DNA of 64,000 bases from a bacterium. Lineage in GTDB: Bacteria > JAHJDO01. Under the pieces are notes generated by a model. That model saw nothing but the letters and a program-made list of their open reading frames with translations. It did no database searches and was not told where the DNA came from. Made by a program: the position numbers and the translations under genes. Of the stretch, positions 40,665 through 50,968 are shown piece by piece. The number at the start of each line of letters is the position of its first letter. Within the stretch, counting starts at the first letter, position 1. The stretch is taken from positions 9,538 to 73,537 of the forward strand of contig JBDRTG010000029.1 of assembly GCA_043824255.1 (NCBI GenBank), written 5' to 3'.

Positions 40665-41579
40665 CTATTTTTTATTTTGAATCTTAAGAATCCACTCTTT
40701 TACCAAGGAGACATCTTTTGCGTCTGGAGAAAATTTTACATACTGCTGATAATGATAGACCGCCTTTTTATTATTTCTCAGATGATCATCATAAAGAATT
40801 CCCAGGTTGTAATGCACAGCTGAGTTATTGGGGTCAAAAGAGAGGACTTTCATATACTCTTTTTCTGCCTCTTTATAACGATCTGTCTTCTGATAAATCA
40901 AAGCTAATTTGTAACGTATAGCTATGGATTCTTTCCGTAGCTGACGTTCATCTTTCTTTTTTTCTCCCTCAGCTATCTGTTTTAAAAGCATTGCTTGCTC
41001 CGATTTTTTTTGGGAATTAGAAACTTCTCCCTGTACTTTAGCAAGTTTTTTATTAAGTTCATGGATAGTCTCAGTTTGGGTAGTTAACTGTTGTCTAAAA
41101 TTCTTTATCTCTTCTTCTTTTCTTGCAAGGGTATCTCCCCTTTTAGTTTCTACCTGTTGTATCTGGTTTTCCAAGGTTTCTTTTTCTTCAGTTACTTTAA
41201 CCATTTTTTTTTCAAGTCTATCTTTATCTTTTCTTAATTCTTTTACTTCTTTCTCCAACCGGTTTTTTTCTTCATTCAGTCTTCTCTGTTTCGCCTCTAA
41301 AACCGCATGGTCTTTGTCCAGGGCCTCATTTGTTTTCTCTAACTTCCTATTCTTTTTCTCTAAGATAAGAATGGTTTTTTCTTTTTCCTTTGATTGAGTT
41401 TCCACAGATTCAATGTAAGTTTCCAACCATTTTGATCTCTGTTGACTTCTTTCTATTTCTTCTTTCAATTCCTTTGTCGCTGTCGCTCCCTCTTGTTTCT
41501 GGTCTGAGAAAGCTACCCCAATTGGCTTCAGACCCATAAGCAAAAACACAACCATCAAACTCACTGCCTTTTTCTTCAT
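40665..41579 (-). CDS. Exported coiled-coil + TPR protein (possibly MshN-like); likely start 41579
   Basis: Signal peptide, long E/K coiled coil, TPRs (HYNLGILYDD). Confidence 0.75.
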   Translation of the reverse strand: MKKKAVSLMVVFLLMGLKPIGVAFSDQKQEGATATKELKEEIERSQQRSKWLETYIESVETQSKEKEKTILILEKKNRKLEKTNEALDKDHAVLEAKQRRLNEEKNRLEKEVKELRKDKDRLEKKMVKVTEEKETLENQIQQVETKRGDTLARKEEEIKNFRQQLTTQTETIHELNKKLAKVQGEVSNSQKKSEQAMLLKQIAEGEKKKDERQLRKESIAIRYKLALIYQKTDRYKEAEKEYMKVLSFDPNNSAVHYNLGILYDDHLRNNKKAVYHYQQYVKFSPDAKDVSLVKEWILKIQNKK

Positions 41580-41616
41580 AATTTTATCTCCCATATTTTT
41601 ATATTTTTTCTGCACT

Positions 41617-43122
41617 TCATCTACTCATTTCCTCCTTCAATTTCTTAGGTCTCAGACCAAACTCTTTCTTCAATTTTTTAGAAGTTTCTTCCATGCTGGC
41701 TCTTTCCCCTTCTGTAAGCTGGGCAGTATCCATTATTGTTGGTGTAATAAAAATGAGCAATTCCATTTTTTCAGTTACTTTTCTCTCTCTCTTGAAAAGC
41801 CATCCCAAAATCGGAATGTCGCCAATGAGAGGGACTTTGTAGTGCGTTACGGTTTCCTTATTCTTTATAAGTCCGCCAATTACAATCGTCTCCCCGCTGT
41901 TGATAGTTATATTCGTGTCAAGCTCCCTTGTTGTGATTCGCTTTATTGTTAACCCAGTGCTGCCCGTAACGTCATCCCCAAGTTCAGTTACTGCAGGATG
42001 AATTGACATATTAACCCTGCCGTCTTCCCATATTATAGGAACAACCTTTAATGTTACGCCAACAGGCTCATAGTGGTCAAGTGATTCACTTGTAACAGCT
42101 CCTGTTTCCGGTGAAACATCGGTTGTCAGTATCGGGTATTTCTCTCCTACAAGAATTGTAGCTTCATGCCCATTAAGAACCAGTATTTTAGGATTTGAGA
42201 GGACATTTGCCTTGCCCTTCTCTTCTAATGCGTTAATAACTGCTTCAAATCTTGGAGGTTCCAGTCGTTTGTATGTAGCTGTAAGTCCTGTAAAACCTGT
42301 TGATGGGACTGTTACAGTTCCACCTTCTACCACTCCTCTTAATGTCTCTCCAAAATCTCCGTAACGAATGTCTCCTATCGCAGTTCCTAGCAAGTTAAGA
42401 GTTTTCCAGTCAATCCCTATATCCCTTGTTAGGTCATGGTTTACCTCTACAATCAATGTTTGAATAAGAACCTGTTTTGGAGGCTTATCAAGTTCTTCAA
42501 CAAGTTGTCTTATCTTCGTGAGATACTCGGGAAAATCTCTCACTATGAGCACCCTAGAAAATTCTTCCTTCTTATTCCCGGTTCTCGGGACAACTCCCAT
42601 AGTCGCTTCGCCGCCTATTCCTCCTACCGGCCAGCCGCTGCGTATGGTGCTGTAATGAACAGTTGTGCTTCCTTTTGATGAGAGACACTTCTTAATAGTT
42701 TTTTCAATCTCTTCTGCGTTTACATATTTCAGATGAAGAATCTCGGTAGTTGTTCCGAGAACCGCTTCATCCTCTGCCGCTTTCAAAGATTTTAATCTTT
42801 CTAAGCTCCCTACTTCAATAATATTGCCTCTCTTCAAGTATCCAAAATCTTTCGTCCCCAAAATAACCCTGAGAGCGTTCTCTAATCTTACCTGATCAAG
42901 ATGCACAGTTACTTCGCCCTTTACCTCATCACTTACAATGATATTAAGATTATGCTGTTCTGCCAGAACCCGAAGTACATCTCTAATCTCAGTATTATCA
43001 AAATCTAAGCTGATTAAGAGCTCTTCCTCTGAATGTAATATTCCATTCCCTAAAGGAAATAGAAAAAAAACAACTAATAGTAGAACAAAAAATTTGCGAA
43101 TTACCTTATCCATTTTTCTCAA
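41617..43122 (-). CDS. pilQ: Secretin (PilQ/MshL/GspD family)
   Basis: ISLDF..., LD.PPKQVLIQ..IVEV, ETIVIGGL, VPLIGDIPILGWLF, ELLIFITP. Confidence 0.9.
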   Translation of the reverse strand: MRKMDKVIRKFFVLLLVVFFLFPLGNGILHSEEELLISLDFDNTEIRDVLRVLAEQHNLNIIVSDEVKGEVTVHLDQVRLENALRVILGTKDFGYLKRGNIIEVGSLERLKSLKAAEDEAVLGTTTEILHLKYVNAEEIEKTIKKCLSSKGSTTVHYSTIRSGWPVGGIGGEATMGVVPRTGNKKEEFSRVLIVRDFPEYLTKIRQLVEELDKPPKQVLIQTLIVEVNHDLTRDIGIDWKTLNLLGTAIGDIRYGDFGETLRGVVEGGTVTVPSTGFTGLTATYKRLEPPRFEAVINALEEKGKANVLSNPKILVLNGHEATILVGEKYPILTTDVSPETGAVTSESLDHYEPVGVTLKVVPIIWEDGRVNMSIHPAVTELGDDVTGSTGLTIKRITTRELDTNITINSGETIVIGGLIKNKETVTHYKVPLIGDIPILGWLFKRERKVTEKMELLIFITPTIMDTAQLTEGERASMEETSKKLKKEFGLRPKKLKEEMSR

Positions 43123-44404
43123 CCTCTTTATTCCTGTGTAAGTATAAGTTCCTTTCCGTCCTTTGTCAAAACAACTCTATTTTTCTCTTGCTTCTTTTCC
43201 ATATTTCCTGAATTCTTCAAGATATTTGAAAAAACCATTGGAAAAGCTAGAACCAAAAATGGAACAAAAGAAAGCCACACTCGCGTTTCATAGATTAGTC
43301 CAAACGTAACTGTGAAGCCCCATAGTACGAGATAAAGGAGGCTTATTCGAATCACTCCGATATGCTTATAGAAAATAGCCCGTAGCGCAAATAGTGGTAT
43401 GCTAAATATAAACACATTAAACACATTGAACACGAAATTTTGCAATGGATGCGTAAAAGAAAGACATAACTCACGCAAGTTTCTTAGTAATCGCAAGTTA
43501 ACAAAGTGGATGCCTTCCTTCATATCAGAAAAAATTTCAGGCCTAATCTCTCGAATCAAAAGAACATTTCGTAAGACCTCGATAACCGTGTATCCGACCA
43601 CCAAGAGTGCTAATGCTACGAAAAATTGTCTCCTGTGAATCTCCACCCTTAGTCTTGGCCACTTGATTTCTGATGGAATGAGCCTAAAAATAGAGTCAAT
43701 TATAAACCATGTGCTTAAAATAATTACCACTTCGCCGCGATTAAAGACTTCGAATGCCAGAATGCAACCAATCACCCAAAATGGCTGGGAAACCAGTATA
43801 GCCCATGTTAGTAATGTGAACACAGTTAGATCAATGTAGTCCCACGGATAAAGCCAAAGCTCTTGCATAAGCATGGTGTTGAGTGCCCATGCGGCTATAG
43901 CCGTAGCAAGAGCAGCGATTGTCGAATTCCAAAGACGTCTAGCTATCAATATTAGAATGAGAAAGAAAGAAAACAACATAATGAACACTGCCAACGGATA
44001 AGCCTGTCCAAACGTTAACCCTGTTAGTTTACTTATAACTTTGACAAAAAACGGTCCTAAAACACGGCTCTGATAGACACGCCAATGAGGTAAACCCTGA
44101 ATGACCCCCTGTGCTGCCGCAATATGATTATTGATTCGTGGTCCGAAAGCTGACAGAATACCGCGGAGCTGTGCGGCTGCAAGAAAAGCAGCGGTAAATA
44201 TGAGACCAGTTAAATATAGTATCTTGGCTCGCATTATTAATAAATCTTCTTGATTGCCGATATCATAGCCTTTTTTTATTTTTCATCTAACAACTAGTAG
44301 CAGAACAAAAAATTTGCGAATTTTTTTATTCATTTTCTTAATCCATTATTCTTGTGTAAGTATGAGTTCCTTTCCGTCCTTTGTCAAAACAACTCTATTT
44401 TTCT
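43069..44404. repeat. Imperfect direct repeats of about 117 bp (43069-43186 and 44289-44404) flanking a cargo gene
   Basis: Shared AGAACAAAAAATTTGCGAATT and GTTCCTTTCCGTCCTTTGTCAAAACAACTCTATTTTTCT. Confidence 0.9.
43128..44234 (-). CDS. Polytopic membrane protein of unknown function (possibly GT-C-like)
   Basis: Many TM helices; last 18 aa identical to those of 44346-44834. Confidence 0.65.
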   Translation of the reverse strand: MRAKILYLTGLIFTAAFLAAAQLRGILSAFGPRINNHIAAAQGVIQGLPHWRVYQSRVLGPFFVKVISKLTGLTFGQAYPLAVFIMLFSFFLILILIARRLWNSTIAALATAIAAWALNTMLMQELWLYPWDYIDLTVFTLLTWAILVSQPFWVIGCILAFEVFNRGEVVIILSTWFIIDSIFRLIPSEIKWPRLRVEIHRRQFFVALALLVVGYTVIEVLRNVLLIREIRPEIFSDMKEGIHFVNLRLLRNLRELCLSFTHPLQNFVFNVFNVFIFSIPLFALRAIFYKHIGVIRISLLYLVLWGFTVTFGLIYETRVWLSFVPFLVLAFPMVFSNILKNSGNMEKKQEKNRVVLTKDGKELILTQE

Positions 44405-44834
44405 GAATACTGATAACTTTATATTCTCCAACTGTATCCCCTTCTCTTACTATTTTATCCCCAATTAGCGCCATAGGAGTCTTTCCTTTCCACGCTATAC
44501 CTTTAAGAGTAAGAGAAGCAATATGATGTCCTTTCATCTGCATTTCTTTTCCCTCTGAAACTTCAGCTAAAGGGAAGAATGGGTCTCTTCCATATTGTTC
44601 AGAAGCTTTTGCTTTTTGAAGTTCAATAATTTCCTTCAGTTCAGGAGTAACTTTGGATGGTAAGATAGTCTCTTTCTGCTTTTCTTTCTTTTGTTTTTCA
44701 ACAGAAACTGTACTCTTCCCTTCTTTTGCGGGAGATGTTTTCTTTTTTGCTTTTCCCACTTGATTAATAACAACAAATACCAAAACACCCACTAGAATGG
44801 CAGTCATTATTAACTCTTTAGTAGTTTTAGTCAT
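44346..44834 (-). CDS. PilP/MshK-like pilus assembly protein
   Basis: N-terminal TM, GRDPF, L.LKGI.W..., ALIGDKIVREGD; position between pilO and the secretin. Confidence 0.7.
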   Translation of the reverse strand: MTKTTKELIMTAILVGVLVFVVINQVGKAKKKTSPAKEGKSTVSVEKQKKEKQKETILPSKVTPELKEIIELQKAKASEQYGRDPFFPLAEVSEGKEMQMKGHHIASLTLKGIAWKGKTPMALIGDKIVREGDTVGEYKVISIQKNRVVLTKDGKELILTQE

Positions 44835-45388
44835 TTTCCCGATTCATCTGTGGATAGAAAATAACTGCTCATTATCAGGTGAACCATGAGATAAGGAGCT
44901 ATTTTCTCATCCTTTTCAATTTTTAGATCCTGCACTTTAAATAAGAGTGGTAATTTACTAACGCTCCCCAGATAGTTAGCCAAGGCAAGGTAAGTAAAAT
45001 GAGCAATAATTTCAATATCTAGTCTGCCTATTTCTTCTTCCTTTACTTTTTCTTTCACATCTGGAGCCAAAGAAATTAATTTTATATCTAATTTATTAAG
45101 CTCTCTACTCAATTGATCAACAATCTCAGGAATATTTACTGTATCCGGCAACTTTTTATTAAGAGAAGAAAAGCTACTTTTGGCTTCCTCTATTTTTTGA
45201 TATATTATAGGCAAAGTTGTTACTTCCTTCCGAGCTTTTTCCAATTTATTTTGAACAGACTCTAAATCCTTCCTCAATTCATTCAACTTTTTGTTCCCTG
45301 GTAAAAAACCAAAAAAGAAAAATAGAATTAAAGCAATTAATATCACTCCTAAAACTATGAAACTTTTCTCCTGAGAACCAATTTTCAT
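44831..45388 (-). CDS. pilO: Type IV pilus assembly protein PilO
   Basis: TM + coiled coil + KLP....IP, Y..L..YL..V.KLP. Confidence 0.8.
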   Translation of the reverse strand: MKIGSQEKSFIVLGVILIALILFFFFGFLPGNKKLNELRKDLESVQNKLEKARKEVTTLPIIYQKIEEAKSSFSSLNKKLPDTVNIPEIVDQLSRELNKLDIKLISLAPDVKEKVKEEEIGRLDIEIIAHFTYLALANYLGSVSKLPLLFKVQDLKIEKDEKIAPYLMVHLIMSSYFLSTDESGK

Positions 45389-45418
45389 AAAATATTCTTC
45401 ACTTCGTTTGGGTAAATC

Positions 45419-47182
45419 CTAATATACTATTTTACAATTCAGCTCAAAATCTGCTTTTCCAGTTTCCATATTCTTTAGAAAAGATAACATCTCCACCTGA
45501 GAGAAAAATGGAGAAGTTCTAAGTTGGATCAAAAATTCAGCTAAAGGGAACTGTTCAATGGAAGCAGAAGAAACAATGCTTCCCTTCATGAACAATTTCA
45601 TTACTTCCTTAGAAGAAGTATCTAGCGATATAGAACTTAATACTATACCTTCAGGAATAAGTCGGGATATTTCTTTCAAAACTCCTTCCCAAATGGGTTG
45701 TTTTCCTGCCTTAAGAAAAACATTCTTCATCATATCCACTTTTTTTTGCCAATTTTGCAGTTCGTCCAATGCGCTTAATTTATCCTCAACAGGAGCTAAA
45801 TATGATTTGCTATTCTTAATCAATTCGTGTTGTTGTTTTATTTTTGCTGAGACCAATCCATAAAGAGAGAATAAAGCAAGAGCAAATGAAATAATTGCTA
45901 TGGTAATACCTGTTTTTATACTGGAAAGTTTATAAGTAAGTTTAAGTTGGGGAGGGAGAAGATTAATCTCTTTTCCCTTATCCAAAGCTGCTCCAAGAGC
46001 AAAGATTAAATCGGGGCCGATCTTTTCTAGGTTTTTTTTCTGTTCAGGAGGCAATTCCAGAGAAAGATTCTTCAAGGGATTAAAGTGAATTATTTCTGAG
46101 TTTAAGCTTTTACTTAAGAATTCAGCCAACCCCTTAAGATTAGAACCGCCACCACATAAGTATATTCTATTCACTTTAGTGTTGGACTCTCTCTCATAAA
46201 AAGTAAAGGACCTATTTACTTCTCTTAAAAACCGTTCCGAGAAAGGCCTCATCATAGCGGAAATTTGAGAGAAAGGAATATCTCCTTCAATCTCCTTTTT
46301 ATCCTCTTCTCCAATTATTCCGTAGTCTTTCTTTATAGCTTCTGCCTGTGCATAAGATAGTGTTTTTTTCCCTTCCTTTGTGATTATAGGTTTTAGTAAG
46401 GCGTTAGTTATATCATCCCCTCCCATATATACTTCTCTTGTGAGTTGGAACTTGTTTCCTTTAAAAAAATTCATAGTAGTGACTCTGGCCCCCACATTCA
46501 TAAAGGCTGCCACTTCCTTTTCATCCATTATTTTACTAATTTTCAGCAGGTTCTGGAGAAGATATCCAGCTGTATTGCAACTAACAGGGATAAGTTTTGC
46601 TTTCTGCAAGGTATTAACTTTTTCTTCTATTACTTCCTGAGGGCTGACTACTCCTATGATCCTGCATTCATTACTTCCAGGTAAGGGAGTAGAACTAAAA
46701 TCATAGAAACTAGTTTTAAAATCAAAACTGGTTTCTTTCTTTAATCTCATTACAATCGCCCCTTCTAAATCTTTGCCAGAAAGGGTGGATGGCAAGGTGA
46801 ATGAAGAAACATTAATCTGCTGGGGACCATTAACGAAAAAATTTACATTTTTACCTTCAAATTTACCATCTTTCAACATAGATGGCAGGGTTTGAATGAT
46901 AAAACGTGAGACTTCTTCCTTATTCGCTCTTATTTCATGAGGAATTTCTTTATAAGCTGCTCCTGTAAGGCGAGAGCCTCTGAATTGAGCAATTTTTATA
47001 CTGAAAAAACCTATATCTAAACCTAAAAAGAGAGGTTTTAAAGTAAACCTCGCTCGCCCCGTTAGAGAAAGATTCTTTAACGGGGTAAAAGATAAGAGGT
47101 GCTTTTTGGTATCTTCATAAGTCCTCAAAAACTCTTTATAAATCTTCGTGCTACGTTGAACTAAAATCTCTAATGGAGTCAC
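45419..47182 (-). CDS. PilM-PilN fusion protein (start uncertain)
   Basis: GLDIG, NVGA, GGDDIT, LCGGGSNL (PilM), then INLLP-TM-coil-SPFF (PilN). Confidence 0.82.
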   Translation of the reverse strand: MTPLEILVQRSTKIYKEFLRTYEDTKKHLLSFTPLKNLSLTGRARFTLKPLFLGLDIGFFSIKIAQFRGSRLTGAAYKEIPHEIRANKEEVSRFIIQTLPSMLKDGKFEGKNVNFFVNGPQQINVSSFTLPSTLSGKDLEGAIVMRLKKETSFDFKTSFYDFSSTPLPGSNECRIIGVVSPQEVIEEKVNTLQKAKLIPVSCNTAGYLLQNLLKISKIMDEKEVAAFMNVGARVTTMNFFKGNKFQLTREVYMGGDDITNALLKPIITKEGKKTLSYAQAEAIKKDYGIIGEEDKKEIEGDIPFSQISAMMRPFSERFLREVNRSFTFYERESNTKVNRIYLCGGGSNLKGLAEFLSKSLNSEIIHFNPLKNLSLELPPEQKKNLEKIGPDLIFALGAALDKGKEINLLPPQLKLTYKLSSIKTGITIAIISFALALFSLYGLVSAKIKQQHELIKNSKSYLAPVEDKLSALDELQNWQKKVDMMKNVFLKAGKQPIWEGVLKEISRLIPEGIVLSSISLDTSSKEVMKLFMKGSIVSSASIEQFPLAEFLIQLRTSPFFSQVEMLSFLKNMETGKADFELNCKIVY

Positions 47183-47409
47183 AATCTTAATCCTCTATAG
47201 AGAATGAATGCTCCTACTAAAAATAAGATTATTCCTACTATTCTACGATAAATAAAAGCTCTTTCATCTGAGAAAAGAAGACGATTGCCCAGATTGTTTG
47301 TTTTTTGAAGTAGATCAGGGAAAAATAGAAAAAGTAATCCTAAAAGAAAAAAGACTCCTCCCCATACAACGCATGCTATCATATTACCATTTCCTTTGGA
47401 GCTGCTCAA
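47179..47409 (-). CDS. Small 2-TM membrane protein
   Basis: Hydrophobic; resembles 40437-40652. Confidence 0.6.
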   Translation of the reverse strand: MSSSKGNGNMIACVVWGGVFFLLGLLFLFFPDLLQKTNNLGNRLLFSDERAFIYRRIVGIILFLVGAFILYRGLRL

Positions 47410-48034
47410 GTTCCAGAATATAACTTATAATAATATTCCAGCTGGCTTGATTTATAGAAACAAATTCAAAAGCAACCTGATATTTGCCATCTACTTCTTT
47501 TAATCGAACTACCTTCCCTTTTACTATTAGTGTCTCTTTCGTTGATAGAATAAAAAGTGTTAATTCCAACTCGTCTCCCATCTTTATCTCATCCTTTGAA
47601 AAAGGAGAAACAGAAACTCCGCCTTCACTTATATCTACGCTCCATTTACTCTTTTCCTCTCCATTTTTCCACCGACACCTTATTGGAATCACTGTCTCGT
47701 AGCGAAAATGCTTTCTCCTTTTCTCCCATCCAAATTTTGCTTCCTTTACAGAAAAGCTTATAAGAGGCACAGAAACTTCATTATAGCGCACTATAGAAGC
47801 ATCAATTACTGGAAGGCCTTTTTCAGTATCAAAATGGCTCATTAATGATATTCTTAGCTTTGTGCCAGGGGAAAGCGAAGAAGAAATTTCCTCTTCATAA
47901 GAGCCCTCTACTTTTAGCAGATCTGACGTTACATCTTTTATCTTTGAGACAAATACATAGCGTTTTTGTCCACTAGAAACAAATACTTTTACCTTTTCTC
48001 CCGGCTTTAAGAATTTTATCTCCTCAGGGAACAT
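47384..48034 (-). CDS. YcgR-like PilZ-domain protein, copy 1
   Basis: RRKHFR and DISEGG c-di-GMP motifs. Confidence 0.85.
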   Translation of the reverse strand: MFPEEIKFLKPGEKVKVFVSSGQKRYVFVSKIKDVTSDLLKVEGSYEEEISSSLSPGTKLRISLMSHFDTEKGLPVIDASIVRYNEVSVPLISFSVKEAKFGWEKRRKHFRYETVIPIRCRWKNGEEKSKWSVDISEGGVSVSPFSKDEIKMGDELELTLFILSTKETLIVKGKVVRLKEVDGKYQVAFEFVSINQASWNIIISYILELEQLQRKW

Positions 48035-48155
48035 AATACCTCCCGCCTAAAGCTCAAAGTGCAAAAGTTAAAAGAAAACAAATTTTCTTATCTAATCTTT
48101 TACTTTTACTTTTTACTTTTTACTTTATTTACTATACTTAAAACTTTCAGAAAAA

Positions 48156-49412
48156 TCAAGCACTAACCCGATTACGTCCAGCTTTTTTTGCACGGTAGAG
48201 CGCCTTGTCTGCGGCTTTGACCACCTGATGCGGGCTCCTATGGCGACCATTTTGTTCAGCCGCCCCAATGCTGATGGTAACGGAAACTCTCTTTCGGGAG
48301 TTTTTCATGGCTTTTGAGCTTTGCGATTTGGCGCGCGGGCGGCTGCGGATGATAAAATTCGCCACTTCAATCTCCTTTCTTAGCTGCTCCAGGTGCGGTA
48401 TAACTTCGTTCATAAATTTACCCGGGAAAATTATAGTAAATTCTTCGCCTCCGTAGCGAAATGCTTTGCCGCCTCCGCTCACTTTAGACAGCTTTGAGGC
48501 AACCATGTGCAATACCTGATCCCCCACATCATGTCCATACCGATCGTTAAACTTCTTAAAATAGTCGATATCAAGCATCGAAACTGTGTAGCCCTCCTCA
48601 ATCTCAAGTTTGAGGAGGGTCTCGTCTAGGGCTTGCCGCGCGGGCAGACCTGTCAATTTATCTTTAAAAGCCATACTGTGGGAAGTTTCAATTACTGAAA
48701 CAACCAAAATAAGACTAGCCGTGGCAAAGTACATTGTGGAATGATATTCAGCCCAGCCATTGGTCAGGGCAAAAAATGCTGATATCAATGCCCAGAAAAA
48801 GCCGCTTTCAGTAGCATCCCGATGTATAATAAAGCGAACACCGATAAGGATGAACGCTGCTCCAAAAGCGAGCAGAGCCGGCTGGGACATGGATGTGCGG
48901 CTGAAGAAATGAGTATCAATTATTGAATATTCGAGATAGGCGCAAATATCAAAATAATGGTAACGACAGATATGAACGACAATCGATGCCTGCAGGAGAA
49001 TCAGACTCATACGCCATAGACCGCGTATAGTTACAATCCCCCGCTCCTTTATCAAAGAGAACACAGCAAGATTCAGCGGCAGCAAAATGCTTACAGCGTT
49101 ATAAACAATTCGTCCCAGTCCCATCGATGCCTCACTGCCGGAAGCAAAGTGAAACAGCGAGCTGTCAGCTAAAGCCAGAACAAGAATAGGGAAAATCAAT
49201 CTGCTTCGATTGAAACGCCAGCCAATCAGTATCCCTGCGCCCAAAACTACATATGAATAGATATGAACAACCGCAGGCAGCGACTCAGCCAGCATGTCCA
49301 TGTGCACAAAGGCCATCGCTATCAGGAATAGAAGACCGCCTGGCATAAAAAATGAGAAGATCGCTTTTGCAATCACAGATATTATGTAATATAACCTATA
49401 AGAGTATTCCAA
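48156..49412 (-). CDS. Membrane-bound diguanylate cyclase (true start probably slightly downstream)
   Basis: Multiple TM helices; DKLTGL, DIDYFKKFND.YGH..GD, RYGGEEF, ADKALYRAK..GRN. Confidence 0.9.
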   Translation of the reverse strand: MEYSYRLYYIISVIAKAIFSFFMPGGLLFLIAMAFVHMDMLAESLPAVVHIYSYVVLGAGILIGWRFNRSRLIFPILVLALADSSLFHFASGSEASMGLGRIVYNAVSILLPLNLAVFSLIKERGIVTIRGLWRMSLILLQASIVVHICRYHYFDICAYLEYSIIDTHFFSRTSMSQPALLAFGAAFILIGVRFIIHRDATESGFFWALISAFFALTNGWAEYHSTMYFATASLILVVSVIETSHSMAFKDKLTGLPARQALDETLLKLEIEEGYTVSMLDIDYFKKFNDRYGHDVGDQVLHMVASKLSKVSGGGKAFRYGGEEFTIIFPGKFMNEVIPHLEQLRKEIEVANFIIRSRPRAKSQSSKAMKNSRKRVSVTISIGAAEQNGRHRSPHQVVKAADKALYRAKKAGRNRVSA

Positions 49413-50008
49413 CTGGCTTGGTCCATAGAGACAAACTCGAAAGCAGCCTGGTATTTATCTGCCCCTATTGGATCCAAGCGGATTACTTTTCCTTTTGCTT
49501 TTACTATCTCTTTTCCTGAGGGAATAAAAAGATTTAATTGAAAAACATCTCCCTTTTTTATCTCATTGTCCGAGAAAGCAGAAAGAAGAGTCCCATTCTC
49601 ACTTATATCCACACTCCATTTACTCTTTTCTTCTCCGCTTTTCCACCGGCACCTTACTGGAATCGTTGTTTTATACCTGGAATATTTTCTCCTCTTCTCC
49701 CATTCAAGCGTAGCCTCCTTTACAGAAAAACTTATAAGAGGCATAGGAGCTTCACTATAGCGTGTTATAGAAGTATCAATTACTGGAAGGCCCCTCTCAG
49801 TATCAAAATGGGACATTAAGGATATTCTTAGTCTTGTGCCAGGGGTAATTAAAGAAGAAATCTCTTCTTCATAAGGCCCTTCCACTTTCCCCAGATTTGA
49901 AGTTATATCCTTTATCCTTGAGATAAGCACATAGCGTTTTTCTCCGCTATGGATAAATATTCTCACTTTTTCTCCTGGTTTTAAGAAGCTTATCTCTCCG
50001 GGAAACAT
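49382..50008 (-). CDS. YcgR-like PilZ-domain protein, copy 2 (C-terminus shortened)
   Basis: Close paralogue of 47384-48034; RRKYSR, DISENG. Confidence 0.85.
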   Translation of the reverse strand: MFPGEISFLKPGEKVRIFIHSGEKRYVLISRIKDITSNLGKVEGPYEEEISSLITPGTRLRISLMSHFDTERGLPVIDTSITRYSEAPMPLISFSVKEATLEWEKRRKYSRYKTTIPVRCRWKSGEEKSKWSVDISENGTLLSAFSDNEIKKGDVFQLNLFIPSGKEIVKAKGKVIRLDPIGADKYQAAFEFVSMDQASWNTLIGYIT

Positions 50009-50175
50009 AATCCCTGCCTGTTGAATTCCAGAGCTTCTTTCAATGTTATAGCGAGATTTTTCATCAATTCACCATGCGTATGTCCTTGGCAATTTACGCC
50101 GGGTACTTCTTCTATCCAGCAAATCCACCAATCGTCGTCTTTTTTTATTATTGCTGTGTATTTGTTTTCTCTCAC
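49990..50175 (-). pseudogene. HicB-family antitoxin, orphan and probably truncated
   Basis: YTAIIKKDDDWWICWIEEVPGVNCQG.T..EL..NL. Confidence 0.7.
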
Positions 50176-50267
50176 AGCTAAAACCCTCCTGTTCTATTTT
50201 TACTTTTACATTTTGAGTTTTTATTATACTTAAAATTCTTATAAAATCAAACACATTGCTTTAGAGA

Positions 50268-50398
50268 GAGTTTCCCCAAATTTTAACAGATTTGGGGACC
50301 AATTACAGGGAGGATTATCTATTTCCACTTCCTAACTTCCACAACTTACTGATATTACTAATGTTACGCTTCCTACTATCAAAAAAATGGGGAAACTC
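50268..50398. mobile_element. Possible 131 bp MITE
   Basis: 11 bp IR GAGTTTCCCCA...TGGGGAAACTC; no TSD seen. Confidence 0.35.
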
Positions 50399-50403
50399 AA
50401 GGA

Positions 50404-50835
50404 TCATTCATCTATTGTCTCTGCTTTAGCATATATTTTTTTTGGAGTCTTCTTGTAATACTTAAACAGAGCTGGACATAACCAGCCTTCCATTTTTAAA
50501 CTATCCGAATAATACCAATTCCCATCATTTTCTTTTCTTAACCATGTTAATCTTATTTGATAACTTGGAAATGGATTAACTGAAAACAATAATCTAAACC
50601 CATTTTTAGCATTTGGAATATCCTTTGTAATTTGATTAATTATTTCAGGCATCCCCGCGACAAATGGTTCTTGATATAAATCCACTCTTTTATCGTCAAA
50701 GACCCATGTTCCATTATGCCAATATGGCTTTATTATTAATATTGCGTTATCGGGTGCATCTAGATTTTTCTGTTTATATGAAAATATTATAAATACGATT
50801 GCAATAGTTATTAATAAAATAACTAAATATCTCAA
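50404..50835 (-). CDS. DUF6717-like protein with N-terminal TM
   Basis: PY...GTWVFDD, EPFVAG, GFRLLFS..PFP, GNWY, EGWLCPALFKY. Confidence 0.7.
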   Translation of the reverse strand: MRYLVILLITIAIVFIIFSYKQKNLDAPDNAILIIKPYWHNGTWVFDDKRVDLYQEPFVAGMPEIINQITKDIPNAKNGFRLLFSVNPFPSYQIRLTWLRKENDGNWYYSDSLKMEGWLCPALFKYYKKTPKKIYAKAETIDE

Positions 50836-50968
50836 GTAATCCTCCTTTTATTCTTGTCGAACAACTAATATGCAAACTTTGTATTTCCCGTTTTTTATAC
50901 AATAAAACTTGGTTATTAAGATAATTCTGCGATTATGTACTTTGTGCTTCAAATTTAATCTCTTCCAA

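Noticed and set aside
47384..50008. Diversity-generating retroelement template/variable repeat pair (also considered for the 43-44 kb repeats)
   Set aside because: No reverse transcriptase in the window, and the differences are not confined to adenines.
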